NCBI GenBank assembly: GCA_964035545.1
Contig: OZ037766.1
Coordinates: forward strand, 3,462,722 to 3,526,721
Source: Bugula neritina
Taxonomy: Eukaryota > Animalia > Bryozoa
Reading direction: 5' to 3'
Length of the DNA: 64,000 bases
A program made the position numbers and the translations under genes. Positions within the stretch are counted from its first letter, which is position 1. Every line of letters begins with the position of its first letter. This document shows, piece by piece, positions 1-14,800 of this stretch. The notes under the pieces are model-generated. The model was not told where the DNA came from and made no database searches. It saw only the letters and a list, made by a program, of their open reading frames with translations.

Positions 1-552
1 TGATATTGCATAGTGGGAAGTAGCAGAATATAATTAATGCCCATCCCTATCAACTATCAACATGATCACAGTCTCTGAAATAACTGTGCAATGTGCACTA
101 CTTATACTTAGTTTATAAGATATACATCACGCATATCATATCTTTTCATATATTGCACCGTACGTCGTGTAGTTGGTAAAGAAAACCTTAGCTATTTCTT
201 AAATATCACCAATTAAACAAAACTTTTAGCATATAATCTAGATTTGGAAAGTTATTCTGTTAAGTCAGATAGGCTACTGATGAAACTGTACCAATTTGGT
301 ATTTTTTTCTAGTTTCTAATAGAACTCCAACATTTGGAAAGTTAATACAGGTTCATTAAAAATTTGTTTGATGCCCAGTTTAAATGTTGAAAGCTAAAGT
401 CCCCTTTTTAATGAATATAAGTTTATTGTATAATTTATAATCTATTTTTATTTATAAGTAAAAAACTTAAAGAAATATGTGCATATTAAATGTTTGGATG
501 CTTGCTTTGCACTGGCATGAGATTTATAAAAACATGTTTCATTGTCCTTTAG

Positions 553-3500
553 AGTTATGTCCCATGACAAGGCCACTACATCTCCCAGATCCCAACCTGC
601 AAGCACCAACTCTAGAGGTCTCCAAACACCTACGATTACCAACACAATACCTGGTGAGAACAATTCTTGTTTTCAATTATTAAATTTTTTGTAAAACTGA
701 ATGTGTTTATTCATTTAAGATATTACAGCTTGTTTTTGAAGCTTCATTTAAATTGAGTTGATGTGCATGCTTTTTCATGCATAGCATGTTTTGGGTAAGG
801 CCTACGTTGGTTACTTGGCTGATAGACACCAATCTACTCCCACTTGAGTTGAAAGTGATGTTTTGGCTTGCAGTTTGGCAAAGTAACACTCGCCAATCTA
901 ATTGATTATTGATTATTGGGCAACTTGTCGCTGCGACCTGCTTCGTTTGAATGTAGGTCAGGCATCAAACCTTGGCACTATAGCATTATACTATACTACT
1001 ATACTATGTTATACTACACTGTACTATACTATACTATTCTACACTATATTACACTGTACCATACTATATTATACTATATGCTATACTATATTACACTGTA
1101 CCATACTATATTATACTATGCTACGCTATACTATATGCTATACTATATTACACTGTATTATACTATATTATACTATGCTATACTATACTATATGCTATAC
1201 TATATTACACTGTATTATACTATACTATATGCTATACTATACTATATGCTATACTATACTATGCTATACTATACTATATTATACTACACTATTCTACCCT
1301 ACACTATACTGCACTATATACTATACTACACTGTACCATACTATGCTGTACTATTTATTGTACTACACTACACTATACTTTACAAAAGCATTGCTTGTTG
1401 TAGAAGAGGCTGATCATTCACGTCAGGTTTCAGTGAAGAAAGATTCGGACCAGACAGACCTTGAGGCAGTCAGAAATTCTATGCATTTGAGTAAAGATTT
1501 TGCTAAAAAGTTGGAAAAATGGGTTTCAAAGTCTAAACCTGATAACAAAGGTATGGAATCAGCGATAAGCAGTGATATAAATTGCTATTAGTTTGTTTAC
1601 TGAAAATAGTTGAATAAAATGTTGAAAGCTGTTTCAGGTTGGTAAATATTTCTTAAAAGATCTATAAATTCATGCATAACTAGACTTAGCTTGCTGTGAT
1701 ATAGCCCTTGCAGTATATGCATACTTGATATGTCTAATATAGTAGTGTACATACCAGCACATATTTTCAGTATAGCATTCTAGTCTTAGCTTTCTAGATG
1801 CTACATTCATTACAAGCTGCATTTATGATTCACAGTGAATGACATTCATAGCGTTGGCTACTCAACATATTGTCACTCTAGATAAATGTTTCCTTAATAT
1901 TGCACAGTTTGCCTCTGTCAATTATGCAAATTAAGTTAGTCCAAGCCAATGTGTTGTGATATATTTTGTTTCATCTCCGTTTCTTGAATCACGTCAGAGT
2001 GCAGGTCATGGCAGGTCATTGCGGAAGCGAACATCTACCATTCGCGTCTGTATTGTTTTCAAAGCAGTATCAATGAGCAACTATAACTCATTTAGTTTTC
2101 ATTGAGTTGCATGTGACTTTTATATTTCTATTGCAAGACCAAGTTAATACAGTTATATAGAAAGGAGTTTTCTTTCCTTAATTTATGCAAGAACATTCAA
2201 ATGGCATTTGGTATCTTACAGCATAAACGCTCAGGTTAATGAAAATTATTTATAAATAAAAAAACAAAGTAATGTATGTTGTTGTTATCAGTTTTATTAC
2301 TGTGATTATTTATTGTTTAGATAATCAATCGAAGCAGTCAACAAACCAGTCTAGACCTAAAGGTGGTAAAAAGAAAGGTAAAACCTTCAACCGGCAGCGA
2401 TCTATGTCAGCTGATCGAGCAGGTTTGCTGGCCGGGAGGAATGATGCTGAGTTTGAGGAGAAACTTCGGCAGTGGGGAATCAAGCAAGCCTGTGATCCTG
2501 GCTACTACCTAGAGGGCCGTCAGTAAGTGTTAATAGGTTTTTTTTTATAAAACTTGATCAAGGGCTAATATTTTTGAAGAGTTATGTAATTAGATGCCAA
2601 GACATGTGAAATCACTTGCCTTTTTAATGTAAAGCGCCCTATTGCAAAATATAGTGCTTTTTATCCTAATAATCTGCTTAGAATTAGTTTTAAGTAATAA
2701 TATTATATATTGAATTTTTGACCAAATCAATTGTTTGATGAGAACTATACACAATTCAAACCTTTTTTATATTTGTATTACCTGTAATAATAGTAAGAAA
2801 CAGCTTGGTCTATTGGTTACAACATTAGTTCAATAAACTTGAGCACCAGGTTATGGGCCTATGGAAAGATGTCAGAAAAGTTCAGATTTACTTTTGTGTT
2901 TCAAACAGGGTTACATGAAACTATTTTGCTAGCATATAGCAGTAAGCTTGGTTAAGAATGTTCATTATCAACTGTTGTTACAGAGCTGGAGACCGTAAAC
3001 AAACGTTGGTAAATAATGCTTTTGTTTCTATAATATCAAATTTTATCATACAATTAGGTCAAGGAATTCTGAAAGGTCAGTAGAATCGCCTGCACGACTC
3101 ATAAGTCAGGAAGATAACTCTCAGCCTTCAGTCAAACCTCTTCAATCATCTGAAAAACTGACTCCTGAAATTGTAAGACTATCCATTATAGTTATAATAC
3201 TTCATTCAGATTGCATATAGCAGTAAAATATTATCTCCATGCATCTCTAAGCTTTGTTTGAATGTTACACATAGGTTTCGTTTCTATATATTAAGCTTCA
3301 TTGATTATCATTTCCACTGTTATAAAAAGTAAGATCTGCACTTTGTAGAAAATTAGCCAACCAGCTACAAGACTACATCGCCCAGTCTCTATTGAGAGAG
3401 GTAGGAGAGTGAGTCCACACAGAGTGAAGCGTTACACATCCAGGACATCTCAGGTCAGTTCCAAGGAGTCCTGTGATGGTACAAGCAGCAGTAGTAGTGG

Positions 3501-6500
3501 AAGTCTGGAACCAATCAACCATGTTCTACCATCAGATCAACAACTAGGTAATGAGTCATGCAGTGATAGTTATGCTAGCAAATGCCTATTTATTGATTCT
3601 TCAAATTGATAAACGAATGGTAAACTGTTTTTCATGAATCAATACACTATTTTATAACCTTGTTATGATTTCAAGTTGTATACTATAAGTGCATTAGTTT
3701 CTATAAGTGAAAATAGTAATTTGTTCAACTTTCAGAAATATCATAGTTTTTATTTGCTATGTCTGCAAAGCTAGTTTTATTTTCTGAAAATTTAGGAAGT
3801 CGAGAGGCAAGACACAGGACTGCATCCATTGAGTCATTTTTAAGCACAGATGGAAGTGTTACCTTGGAAGAAGAAGCCACCAGTAAAGCTAAGGGTAAGA
3901 GGCCGCTGTCACTCGTAGCTATGACTGGCTCGCTAGACTCTGCTGAGCCCAGGTCTCCCGCCGTGCTGACCTCACAACAAAGTTTTGATTCTGAGATAAG
4001 TCCAACTTGTGACAGCAAAGAACTGCTCAAGACTATCAACGAGGACATTAGCAAAATTAGAGAGAAAAAGGCGCAGAAGAGTGATTCCTCTTCAGAAACT
4101 TCATTAGATAGGTTTTCACACGAAGGTTCGACTTCAAAAATAGTGAGCAGCATAAGCCCGAAAATGCAAAAGTTGAATTTCACTGTTGAAGAACTGCCAG
4201 GTACGCTGCCAAGCCACAGTGTTTGTGTAGACAGCGGCTTGGCTATGGAAGAAGACAGTTTTATCGATCCGCTACTTCATCTGCACCACAGTCTTCAAGC
4301 TCAAGACGTCTTAGAGAATAAAGAAAGCAGAGAAGATGAGTTACTAAAAGACATTCTAAATCAAAGTTCTAACTTTAATGATCCTTTTGTAGAACCTCAA
4401 CTCTCTGTACCCCATTTAAGTCCAGGTGTGAAAACAGAATCAGCACTGGTTTCACCTAAAGGTTTCCAGTCAACCCCAGACCCTTCATTGTCTCATAAAC
4501 ACACCGATGGTTTGAACTCAAAGTTTCAATATTCACCTAAACCTGCTGAAAAAGCGGCAATATTTGTAAAGCCAGAAATAACAATCAGCACAGAGCCATT
4601 GTTTTCTAATCAAAATGAGTTTGTAAATAAATTGATGAACACCAATCCTGATGCACCATCGGAAGATTTGCTTGTCAAAGCTAAACTAATAAAAGTTGAT
4701 AATCACCCTGACACTAAAAAAGTTTTGAAAAACAGGTCTCACAGCGAAAGCGTTCCATTGAAATTTGCTGGAGAAAATAACAAAATTATAGATCAGCCCT
4801 TAGAACCTCTGTTGAGCTCTCAATCAGTGCCACTAAGAACTAAGCTAGACAGGCTGAGCTGTCTGTATGATCGCGATGATGGAACGGATCTCAAGATAAA
4901 GATGGCGGAACCATCCGGTCCTTATGATGTATTTAAAGCTCCAAAAAAGCATCAGCATCCTAGATCGAGGTAAACTATTCAGCTAAAGTTGTGTACTGCA
5001 TTTTCTTTCTAGCAGTAAAAGTCAACAGAGGCAGCTAAACATTAGTACACCGTGTCTAATTGAAAATTTGCATGGCACTTTTTCACCAAATGCAGCTGTC
5101 AATGATATAGCAATTGATACCAGTGAATTGAATTTTTTGATCTTTTATATTGTTTGGTTGTTTTGTGTGCATGGGTAAAAAATTGAAAGTAGATTTTAAA
5201 TTATCAGTTACAATATGAATTATATATATAACACTAATTTGTGCTACATCTACTTGTTAATTACTAAGGTGCTTCTACTTGTGGTTATATCTAGCTGCAA
5301 TGATTTACAGCAATAAAAAGTTTTGTGCAGGCATAAAAATGTATGACTACTGAAGTTATAAAAGATGTTCAAGATAATTAACTCAGACTAATATTAAATG
5401 AAAATAATATTATAGAGAAGACAACTCTTTACATTTTCAAATTATATTTGGCACTATTGAGCTCCACGCTTTAACTAGCATGTAAACCTATAGCTACTGG
5501 TATTTCAATGATAATATTTTATAAGTCACAGAACTTTTAACATTTATTTTCATCAAAAGTGTTACTTCAAAACTTTTGCTCCAAAACAAATCCTCATTAT
5601 TAAAAAAATTTCATATTGAAAGGCTTTTTTTGAAAAACAGTATGATTGTTATTGAATATGTCACAGCTACTCAATTGTAACTTATTTATATGTTTTACAC
5701 TTTGTTTAGGTCATTAGGAGGAGTGCTTGATTCAGATATCAGTTTGGAAGAGTTAAGAATCAAACCTGGAAGTTCATCAGAGTAGGTTTATCTTACATCG
5801 TAGTCAGTAGCTTTACTGTATATACAGTATACCACCTGTTATCCTAAATTCATTTTATGTAAACACAAGCCTTGTTATTGTAGAAGTATGTACACTCTCT
5901 TTATATATGATTATATTAGCATGAAACCATTTAGCTAATCATATGATTTGCTATAACTTCTAGAGAGATTGACAGTCACAAAGCTGGAAAGAAGAGTGAT
6001 AGGAGTAACAAAGTCTCACCTCGTTCTCATCAGGTGAATATAACTCCTCATTATCTTGACTATCTTGTTGCTGCTAAAAAATTTGGTGATTTTAGCGAAG
6101 AAATTGAAATGAGATGAACAGCAAGTTTTGAACATTACTTTTTGATCAATTAGCAGTTCAGTAAAAACCTTAGTAAATTTTTTCTATCCATCATCTTACA
6201 TAATACTATTTTTGTTATATTTAAATCATATTTGCTTTTCTCTCTCAAATTGTTAACTAATAGTAATAACCCAATATAGTTTTGAGCCTGAATTAATATT
6301 TTTTCATGGCGTTTCACTACCTATGTTCAATTAGTTGTCTTATAACTTAATACTTCTGTAGGGGTCACCAGTTGCCCTGAGGGCCAAGGGGCGAATAAAC
6401 AGACCAGTGCTAGACTTGGTACAGAAGTTTGATGCCCAAAGCAGCGACAGTTCATCACCGCTAGTCAGCCCAACGGCAATTCCAGTGTCATCCTCACCTC

Positions 6501-7294
6501 AAATGGTGAAAATCACAGAAAGACTCATGCAAAGTAAAGCTAACAAGTCACACAGGTGTGTAAACTTAGTTGGGAGTTGCCTTCTCATCTAATCAAGAGC
6601 AGATAACAAGCACAAGAAATCTTGACTCTCATGGAAATTTTGGTTTTTAAATTTCTATTAAATGTGCAATTACAGTTTATTGAATATATTTTTTGCAAAT
6701 TTGCATAGATTTATCACAATGGCCTTACCATTCCAATCTAAATACTGAAAGGTTCCACTTTGCCAATCAATAATATCAAATTACAACTGAATGTCGAGTA
6801 CATATTTTCTTAGCCATTTTTGCATTTATTTAGAGTTACTATGCCTATATGAAAAGGCACCACTGGAGCTAAGGGCATGGCCTAGTAGTTAGGGGTGTGG
6901 TCTAGGATTTAAGGGTGTGGCTTAGTAGTTAGGGGTGCGGTCTAGTATTTAAGGGTGTGGCTTAGTAGTTAAGAATGTGGCCTAGTAGTTAGGAGAGTGG
7001 CCAAGTAGGTAGGGGTGTGGCCTCATAAAAGTTTTTTCTGTTCTTTAAAAATATTTTGGGACATGTTTGCACATTCTGAGACTAAGTAATCTAAAGCACA
7101 CCTGAAAACCCTGTTGCCATTAGATGGTCACACTGACAGTGTGACTACTATAATAAAACGTGAGTCTGTATGTATATGCGTGCTATTATGATTTCAGGTA
7201 CACTGTTGACTTAACGCGGCATGTGAAAGAAATTCCAAGAGAGGGTGCTGTACAAAGAGCCCGCACAATTTTTATGGATATGCAAAGCTCCTAA
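553..7294 (+). CDS. 3' portion of a multi-exon gene encoding a large Ser/Pro/Lys-rich, probably disordered protein (5' end upstream of window)
   Basis: GT-AG exons: 553-653, ~1404/1427-1550 (acceptor uncertain), 2321-2522, 3058-3172, 3349-3547, 3796-4969, 5710-5781, 5964-6033, 6362-6555, 7198-7294 (ends ...ARTIFMDMQSS*). Phases are compatible from 1550 onward. No recognisable domain; RxRxxS-type motifs (RQRSMS, RHRTAS). Confidence 0.75.
985..1380. repeat. Degenerate (TATAC/TATGC)n simple repeat, intronic
   Basis: Visible 5-mer periodicity; generates spurious Tyr/Thr/Ile/Leu ORFs. Confidence 0.95.
6873..7022. repeat. 20-bp minisatellite (GGGTGTGGCYTAGTAGTTAG), ~7.5 copies
   Basis: Direct tandem units in the last intron of the first gene; partly alternating variants. 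Confidence 0.9.
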
Positions 7295-8837
7295 GCTAAA
7301 CCTAAACATGTTTGCATTTGTAACTATAGATACCAGATGTATAATATATATCTATTGATTGATTCTCAAACTTGAAGCAAATCTTCCTACAAAAGTAGAA
7401 ATATTTTATTACATAAGTTATTAAACCAAATAGATTTTTTCATTTTAATTGCTGTGCCAAATCTATTTGATCCTGCGGCTAACAACAAATCTATTAAAGT
7501 TTGTTTATTTTTGTATTCACTGAAATTATTTTAAATACTATATTATTTATTATTTTTAAAGGCTTGCAATTATTCACCTAATAATCATCATTATAACAAA
7601 AATGTTCTTTTTATGCTTTATTCAATGTATAAAGTGATAATTGCATCAAATAAAAATGATGCAAGTCACCAACAATAAATGTCATACATAAATCTTTTGT
7701 AAATAACCTATGTGATGTAGTTTTCTGAGCATAAAATACAAAAGTAACTAAAAATCAACACCATTTCTTACAAACCAATGACTTTAAAAACATTGAATAT
7801 TCACATGACTTGCTATCAGAAATTTAGTATAAAAACTTAAACTTGGTAAGGCATTACTTGAAAAATTATGTCCCACACTCTATGCTACCCAAATGATTAT
7901 ATTCACACGCATATTGCAATTTCTTATCTTCAGTCAAACAAACTTTGAAAACGCCTATGACAGATCAATTGTAGAATATTGACTATTATTATTTGAAATG
8001 CCAACACTAATTTATTATTTAATAAATGTTTCATAGTAATACCAGTATGGTTACAGCACTCTATTTATAGAACATTGAGTAATGCAAAGCAAGAGAAATC
8101 AGCTCTTGTGACATAACTAAATGTCGGCACTCGTTCTGGTAACTCCCTGGTGTAATTTAGCTGCACAGCTGGGCTTTATGATTGGCATGAACCATATGGT
8201 GTAACATATGTACAAGATTTACAATAAAGCAAATTTAATTAATATATTATTATGATACACATAAAAGGTATGTAATTTTGAAAATTAGTTAGACATTTTA
8301 AGGAGGTTATTTGTATTGTACAAAAACAACATCAAATAAATAAATTTAGTTGTAAGTTGTATTAATTACACATTTAACTTCAGCAATGAAAATTGTTGGT
8401 ACCTACTCTAATTTTGTTATTACAGTTAATATAAAAATACTGTCTTACCTCAGAAATGTGATTTATGAAAAAAATAACTTGTTAGCAGATTTGTTTTTTA
8501 AAATGACAACATTTTAAAATTTCTCAAATACTTTACTTCGTCATTGTGTTTACTTTTTTATTTACAAGAAATCAGCTTTTGAAATAGTCTATTTTTAAGT
8601 TATGGTGACCCCCAACGATGAACTTAGTAATTGACAAACATTAAAATTAGACTTAAAGCAAAAATCATACACTGCTTTTCCAAGCTTCACATTATTCGAA
8701 TAGATATTTCATTTGAGGTTTGAAAGGAGTTGCATCAAATGAAACCACTACCATAAATTCATGCAAACCACAACCACAAGGTCATTGTACTGGCATCCAT
8801 TCCAATAATGTGAAGTAATGAAAACGCAATGACAGAT

Positions 8838-11800
8838 TCAATTATTATTTTGTAAATCTATGCAATTAGTTAACAGAATTTTTATCATGGCCTTCATGAG
8901 TCTATATCTCTGAAAGAAGATGTATTGTTTACTACTCTGATAGCTGTCTTCTAATTGGTCGATCTGAGCCCTGATAAAGGATATTCGTTTCTGTAGCAGA
9001 TGAATTCTGTTGGACAGCTCAGATTTTGGGCACTCAGGAATGCTGACTGCAACAGCAAATATCACAAAACTGAAACTAAGCACAACTTATAAAATAAAAC
9101 TATAAACAAAATGCGTCATAGTTTCCTAGCAACGTTAGTATCAATTTCGTTGCTTTCATCTTTGCAAATTACGCTTTGTGTTATGCCTCAACGTAGTTAT
9201 TTTATTATTTACGTTGCTTTTATATTTTCTTTGAGTAGACTTCCTTAGACATATGCTTTAATCTTGAAGTATCTTAATTAAATAGGAAAAAATTCAAGTA
9301 AAATATTGTTAAAATTACTAACACCGCTACTTGTATTTCTTTTATCTCAGAAAACAATTTCCTGTGTACGTACTGAGAGGTTTTCTGACACCTGGTGTCA
9401 TCATGAGGACAAGGGAGTTAACTCCAATAGCATGTGATACTTCTGGCAACACTTCAAGTCTTGCGTACATCACCGTACGTTTGATCATCCCCTTCAGTCT
9501 GGTGTATCTTCTTATGATCTCGTAGTTTTTACTGTCTTCATATTCTCCTGCATATATCATATGATATGTATATATGATATCATCATATGTATATATGATA
9601 TGTATATATGATATTATCATATGTGTATATGATATGTATATATAATGATATTATCATATGTATATATGATATGTACATATGATATTATCATATGTATATA
9701 TGATATGTATATATGATATTATCATATGTATATATGATAATATCATATATGTATATATGATATGTATATATATGATATGCATATACAATATTTATATCTG
9801 ATATGTAGGCTATATATGATGCATATGTGATATGCATATATTATGTGGTATGCACATATTTGATATGCATATCACATATTATATACATATCACATATGAG
9901 TACCATGCATATATGTGATAAATATGCATATAATATGTGATACATTAATTATACACCTAAATGGTGTAAATTCCTGAGTGTATATAGTGTTTAGAAACTA
10001 TTTTACTGCTTGTGAATTGCTCACACCTTCAATTATTTCAGATAGCATGCAATAGTAAAAATCAAGAGTCATTCAACTTTTTAAATTATGTAGCAGCAAT
10101 TGAAAAAAATAAAATAATTAAAAATTCTTCTATAATACCAACAGCAGTTCAAAGTCACAGCAATATGTTACTCTGTAGTTACATATTGAACTTGACAATA
10201 TGCATAATTAAATCTATCGGTTAATAATTCATGCCTAATATTACTCACAAGTTGGTCCCTTAGCTGCACTTGAATGTTTTCAATTATAAAGTATGCATTA
10301 TTTTAATTCAAAAAAGCTTTCTCCCAGGTTAGCCTATAACGAAGCTACAAATTAGCAAAATAGCACGTATATGCTTTGTGTAACCATTGAAATCATAACC
10401 TATCCAAGTTTAATTTTCAACTTATATTTATTGAGCAACTTATAAATGTAAATCAACATTTAATGAAAAAACCGCAAATATAATTTATTTTCACATTAAA
10501 AATGTATCTTGTTGGTGTGCGATAAACTATTAGTAGGCCTAAAAGTATTTTTTATTTTACTACATTATTTTTAGCTTGGAAATTTCACAAGCATTTTTTC
10601 AGAAATAATTATATGGTGCAGTTCTTACACGATGAAAAAACATTGATATGTTGACTCATAAACTCTTATTTTTTTATTTAAAATTTGTTTTATACATTAA
10701 ACATTTTGCTCCATGTTTTGTTATACAGCAACTGCTAAAGAATGTTATAAGCTTATGCCTATTACCTTTAACAAGATCCAACACCTTCTTCAACTTTGCC
10801 AACTGTTCGAAATACTTCCTGTATTCAATTATTCTGCTGTCGATGCTGCTTCCCTTGCCGTTGATAGATGCTCCTTTATTTCCTTTCCGTATTCCATTTT
10901 CATGGTTCAGAGCTGCAAGGAATTGAGAGGCAAACTTACCGAGAGACTCTTTCAACATACCGAGTGTGAGCGACCACTGGCTTAAGTCAGTTCACAGTTA
11001 CTAGTTCAAGAAAATGAAAAGGATAACTTCATGTTTAAACCTAGTGAGTTTTTTCTGTATGACGTTTAAAATTATGTAATATTTTTCCAGTGCTATGTGT
11101 GCCACACCACGTAGTCATGAGACTTCAGTCCTGCGTGCGGACAGATAAAGCACTATAATATACCTAAGTGAAATTTTCAATCACTTTTAACATGTTACTG
11201 CTAGGACGTTGAACTCTATGAAGAGTCAAGTTGTTTGATGCTGACACTGATGAACGTTCGTTGGTCAGCGTGGCAGCGTTGAACTACATTGTACTTTGCA
11301 TGCAGTAAGAAAATAGTATCATAAAATATGATTATGAAATTAGATTACAAATCCTATTCCTACCATTTCTATGCATTGGGTTTCATAATTTGATAAACTA
11401 TAATGATATTTCAGTTGTATGTGAGTGGAGTAACAATCACTACTACCACTTGCAACACAATTGCCCCTTGTACACTGTATATGTCTACCAAACATATGCA
11501 TCATGCAGCTACAATTTTAAATTACTATTTCCAACTATAATATAATTATACTATAAATCTAAGATTAGCAAAAAACAGCCATTAACTTAAAAAATGCAAG
11601 CAATTTTTTCGAAAACAAAATTATTTGTTGAAGTTATTTTGTCAAAACAAATGCAGTGAAAGGTATTTTCACAAGTACCCTGTACTATTTGTTAAAAAAG
11701 CAAAGCAGGAAGTGAAACAAAAAATAAGGAACATATCAACTGTCACTTAAAGCAGAAGCTATAATATAATATCAAATAGCTAGTGGAGAGGAGGCTGATA

Positions 11801-14800
11801 ACAGTAATAAACAAAAGAATGCAAAGTAAAAAGGAGCATTTCTCTTAACAATAACAGCAATGGCATTAAGAGTGTTTTTCATCATTTCCAGAATAAGCAT
11901 TAAACACAATTAAATGTCTTAAATTGAAAGCTAAGACCGTTCAATATTATAAAGAAAAATGTAAATACGTAGGTACTATATATTAGTGCTGTTATTTTAG
12001 ATTAAGAATTTTGTGAACTTCCTAAACTGATTTTTTTTATTCTCTGGAAGCCAAAACGTTTTTGCTTAATGAATCTTGTAAAATGAAATAATATGACAAA
12101 ACCATTGAATACATTCTTGCTGTTTAATTCGCTTTAATTAAAGAATGCTTTTTAAGTATTAAACTAATTTCTCGTAATGATATTATTTTGGTTAGTAACT
12201 ATAAAATATTCAGTTTAGGCTGTGCTGCAGTTTTGATGATATACTTTAGATAAGCAAATTACAGGTCATTTTACTTATTTCATATCACTTTACTAGTTAT
12301 ACTTATTCATTTGAATATCCTGGACACGATGTATTTGCTATGTGTGATGATGTCATAGATAGTAAGAAGATAATTCTTCAATAGTGGAGAAAACTCCTAA
12401 TCTATTTTACTTGGAAAATAGAGTTATTTGCAGCAGAAGGTTATATTCTATGCCAATTGTTAACCAAATACTATGTAACACTGGTGAGCAAAAGATTTTG
12501 CCCTACTTTATTTTAGCAATTAGTAGCACGTATTCATCGGGATTTTATATTTTAGATTATATTTTCTAATGGGCTTTTTAATTATATATCATACAAAGTA
12601 CTGTATACACCCTGAAGAAATGAATGCACTATAATTTATTACTAAATCTGGCTGAGCTCTAAAATTATTTCATCATGTATTGATCTTATTTCATTTTCTT
12701 TGCTGCTCAGCCTGTAAATTCAATAAACTGTCTTGTTTAGAAAATGAAAAATTGGAAACATAAAATAGCACTCTGTAGCTGCGATGAAAAATGGCTCAAG
12801 TTGTGTTTTTGAATATATTCACATATTTCAACTTTGAGTGCATCGGAATTAAAGACTTAACTCGTAAAATCATAATTTTCAAGTGGGTCATATTGTAAAC
12901 TGTAATTAAATTAATTGTGATTAGGTAAAGTATATCGTATAGCAATTACTTACATGACTATATGTTATGCTAAACCCTAATCAAATGCCATTGAGTAACT
13001 CCACAAAAGCATAACATTTGACGTATCAATCTTACATTACGTCGCACAGAAATATTGATTTTAATTGTTAATACATAGCTTTCACTCTGGCAAAAATATA
13101 CATACATAATAACATAGTGATCATTATTATTTCTATAGAGCCTGTTGCTCTTAATGTAACAATCTTAATATTCAAATGTAGCAAATTAAAATTTTCCTGA
13201 ACTCTAAAGTCATAGATTATGCATTATTTAGAAATGGCTAAGGAGGGTATTGCTTACTTTGAACATTATGAAACTAGATACAAATACTTGTACTGATATC
13301 ACTGTTCCACCCCTACAGTGATATGCGATAAACCCTTGGTTCACCTATCAATGGAAAGTGAGAGAATATTCAATGTGTAGGGTCAAAAGGTTGTTCTAGC
13401 CGGGGAGTGGCATCACCATCAACAGTGCAAGAGTTTGCATTGCAAGCAGAGCTTTACTAATAGCGTTTGCATTAGGTTCAGACAAAGTATAATCTCATAG
13501 ATGTAAATGTAGAAAATAGCATCATAAATAGCTGCTATATTTAAGACAAACCTAAATTGACCGGTATAATAGAACATATATTTATTTTAGCTGCATGCAT
13601 GCAGCTTGCAGGTACCATATATTGTTTTAAGTTATATAACTAGGTATACCAATTAGTTTTCGATCAAAATAAGCTGTTGCCCTGCAGAGCTGAGATAAAA
13701 GGGGAAAATACTTTGCTGTTACTATAGTAACATCAGTATAAACATAAACTCCCTAATTAAAGTTGAATAAAACTACCAACTGGTTTTATAAGCACCATAC
13801 ACCCAGACAGCTAATGCTGAAAATCTATCAAGGTATAAGAACTTCCACATGCATGTAATAATCGTGTTAAACAACTTTCTCTACTATAATGAGAGTGCAC
13901 TTGTTCATTGCAAGCACTTGTGATGCATGTCAAAAATTGATATAAGAATTGCAACTTTAATCAATATTTGCTTGAGCTGTATGGTGTAGACTTAGTAATT
14001 TACTTAATACATGCTTTGCACTAAGAAATTATTTCCCAGTTTTTAAAGTGATGTATCCTGATGCTCAACTTTATAAGATGGTTTGTATTTCAATCACTTC
14101 TTTTTTAATTTAAAATCAAAAGATTTGGTAAATCTTACTTATACATAGCTTCCAAACTTCTATTATCACAAAATTTAGACAACGTAATAACTACAGTTTT
14201 TATAAGCATTTACTGCATATTTTTCTTATATTTGAAACTTTTTTGAATTTGAGGCTATATATGAAATGGCATTTTAGAAAAAGACAACATTTATGTTCAA
14301 CATCTAAATGTCATTACTTTTATTGATAGATAAAAGACAGCATGTTTTGCATGTAAGAACCCCTGATTGAAAGGGTCTTTTTAAAGAGGGCTTTAAGTAC
14401 TTATATTAATGTGGGGCACAGGAGCAATTATGACTGGAAGCTTTTCCTAACATCATCAATAGCCTTTACTGGAGTTCGGACCACCTTGTGTTTATGTTGC
14501 TCCCCTATTCAATACTGTAAGGCTTTTTATGTTATGCTTTAATAATATCTAGTTGGGCCTAATCGCATTGTAGTAAATACATTTCACTATATGCATACAA
14601 TCATTTTATGAAAAACTTTGTGAATGGTTAATTTATTTCCCAATTCAAGTTTTATGAACTCTCCACCAATAATTAAACCCGTTAGTCCCACTGTGGGTGT
14701 GAGCTACAGCAGCTTTCATTTACAATTTATAGTCTAGCATTAAGCTTTAAGCTTTTTTAAATTGATCAGCCATTGTATTCACTGGAAAGAAGTTTATAAT

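Noticed and set aside
902-1413. Long Tyr/Thr/Ile-rich ORFs
   Set aside because: Translations of a simple repeat; only the ~1404-1550 part is a plausible exon.
3725-4183. Antisense ORFs over exons (also 24733-24969, 30073-30333, 44467-44667, 52350-52550, 62577-62804)
   Set aside because: Shadows of real coding exons with no independent support.
10913-10939. Possible 27-nt GT-AG micro-intron on the - strand
   Set aside because: Too short relative to other introns here; better explained as an acceptor region or in-frame alternative start.
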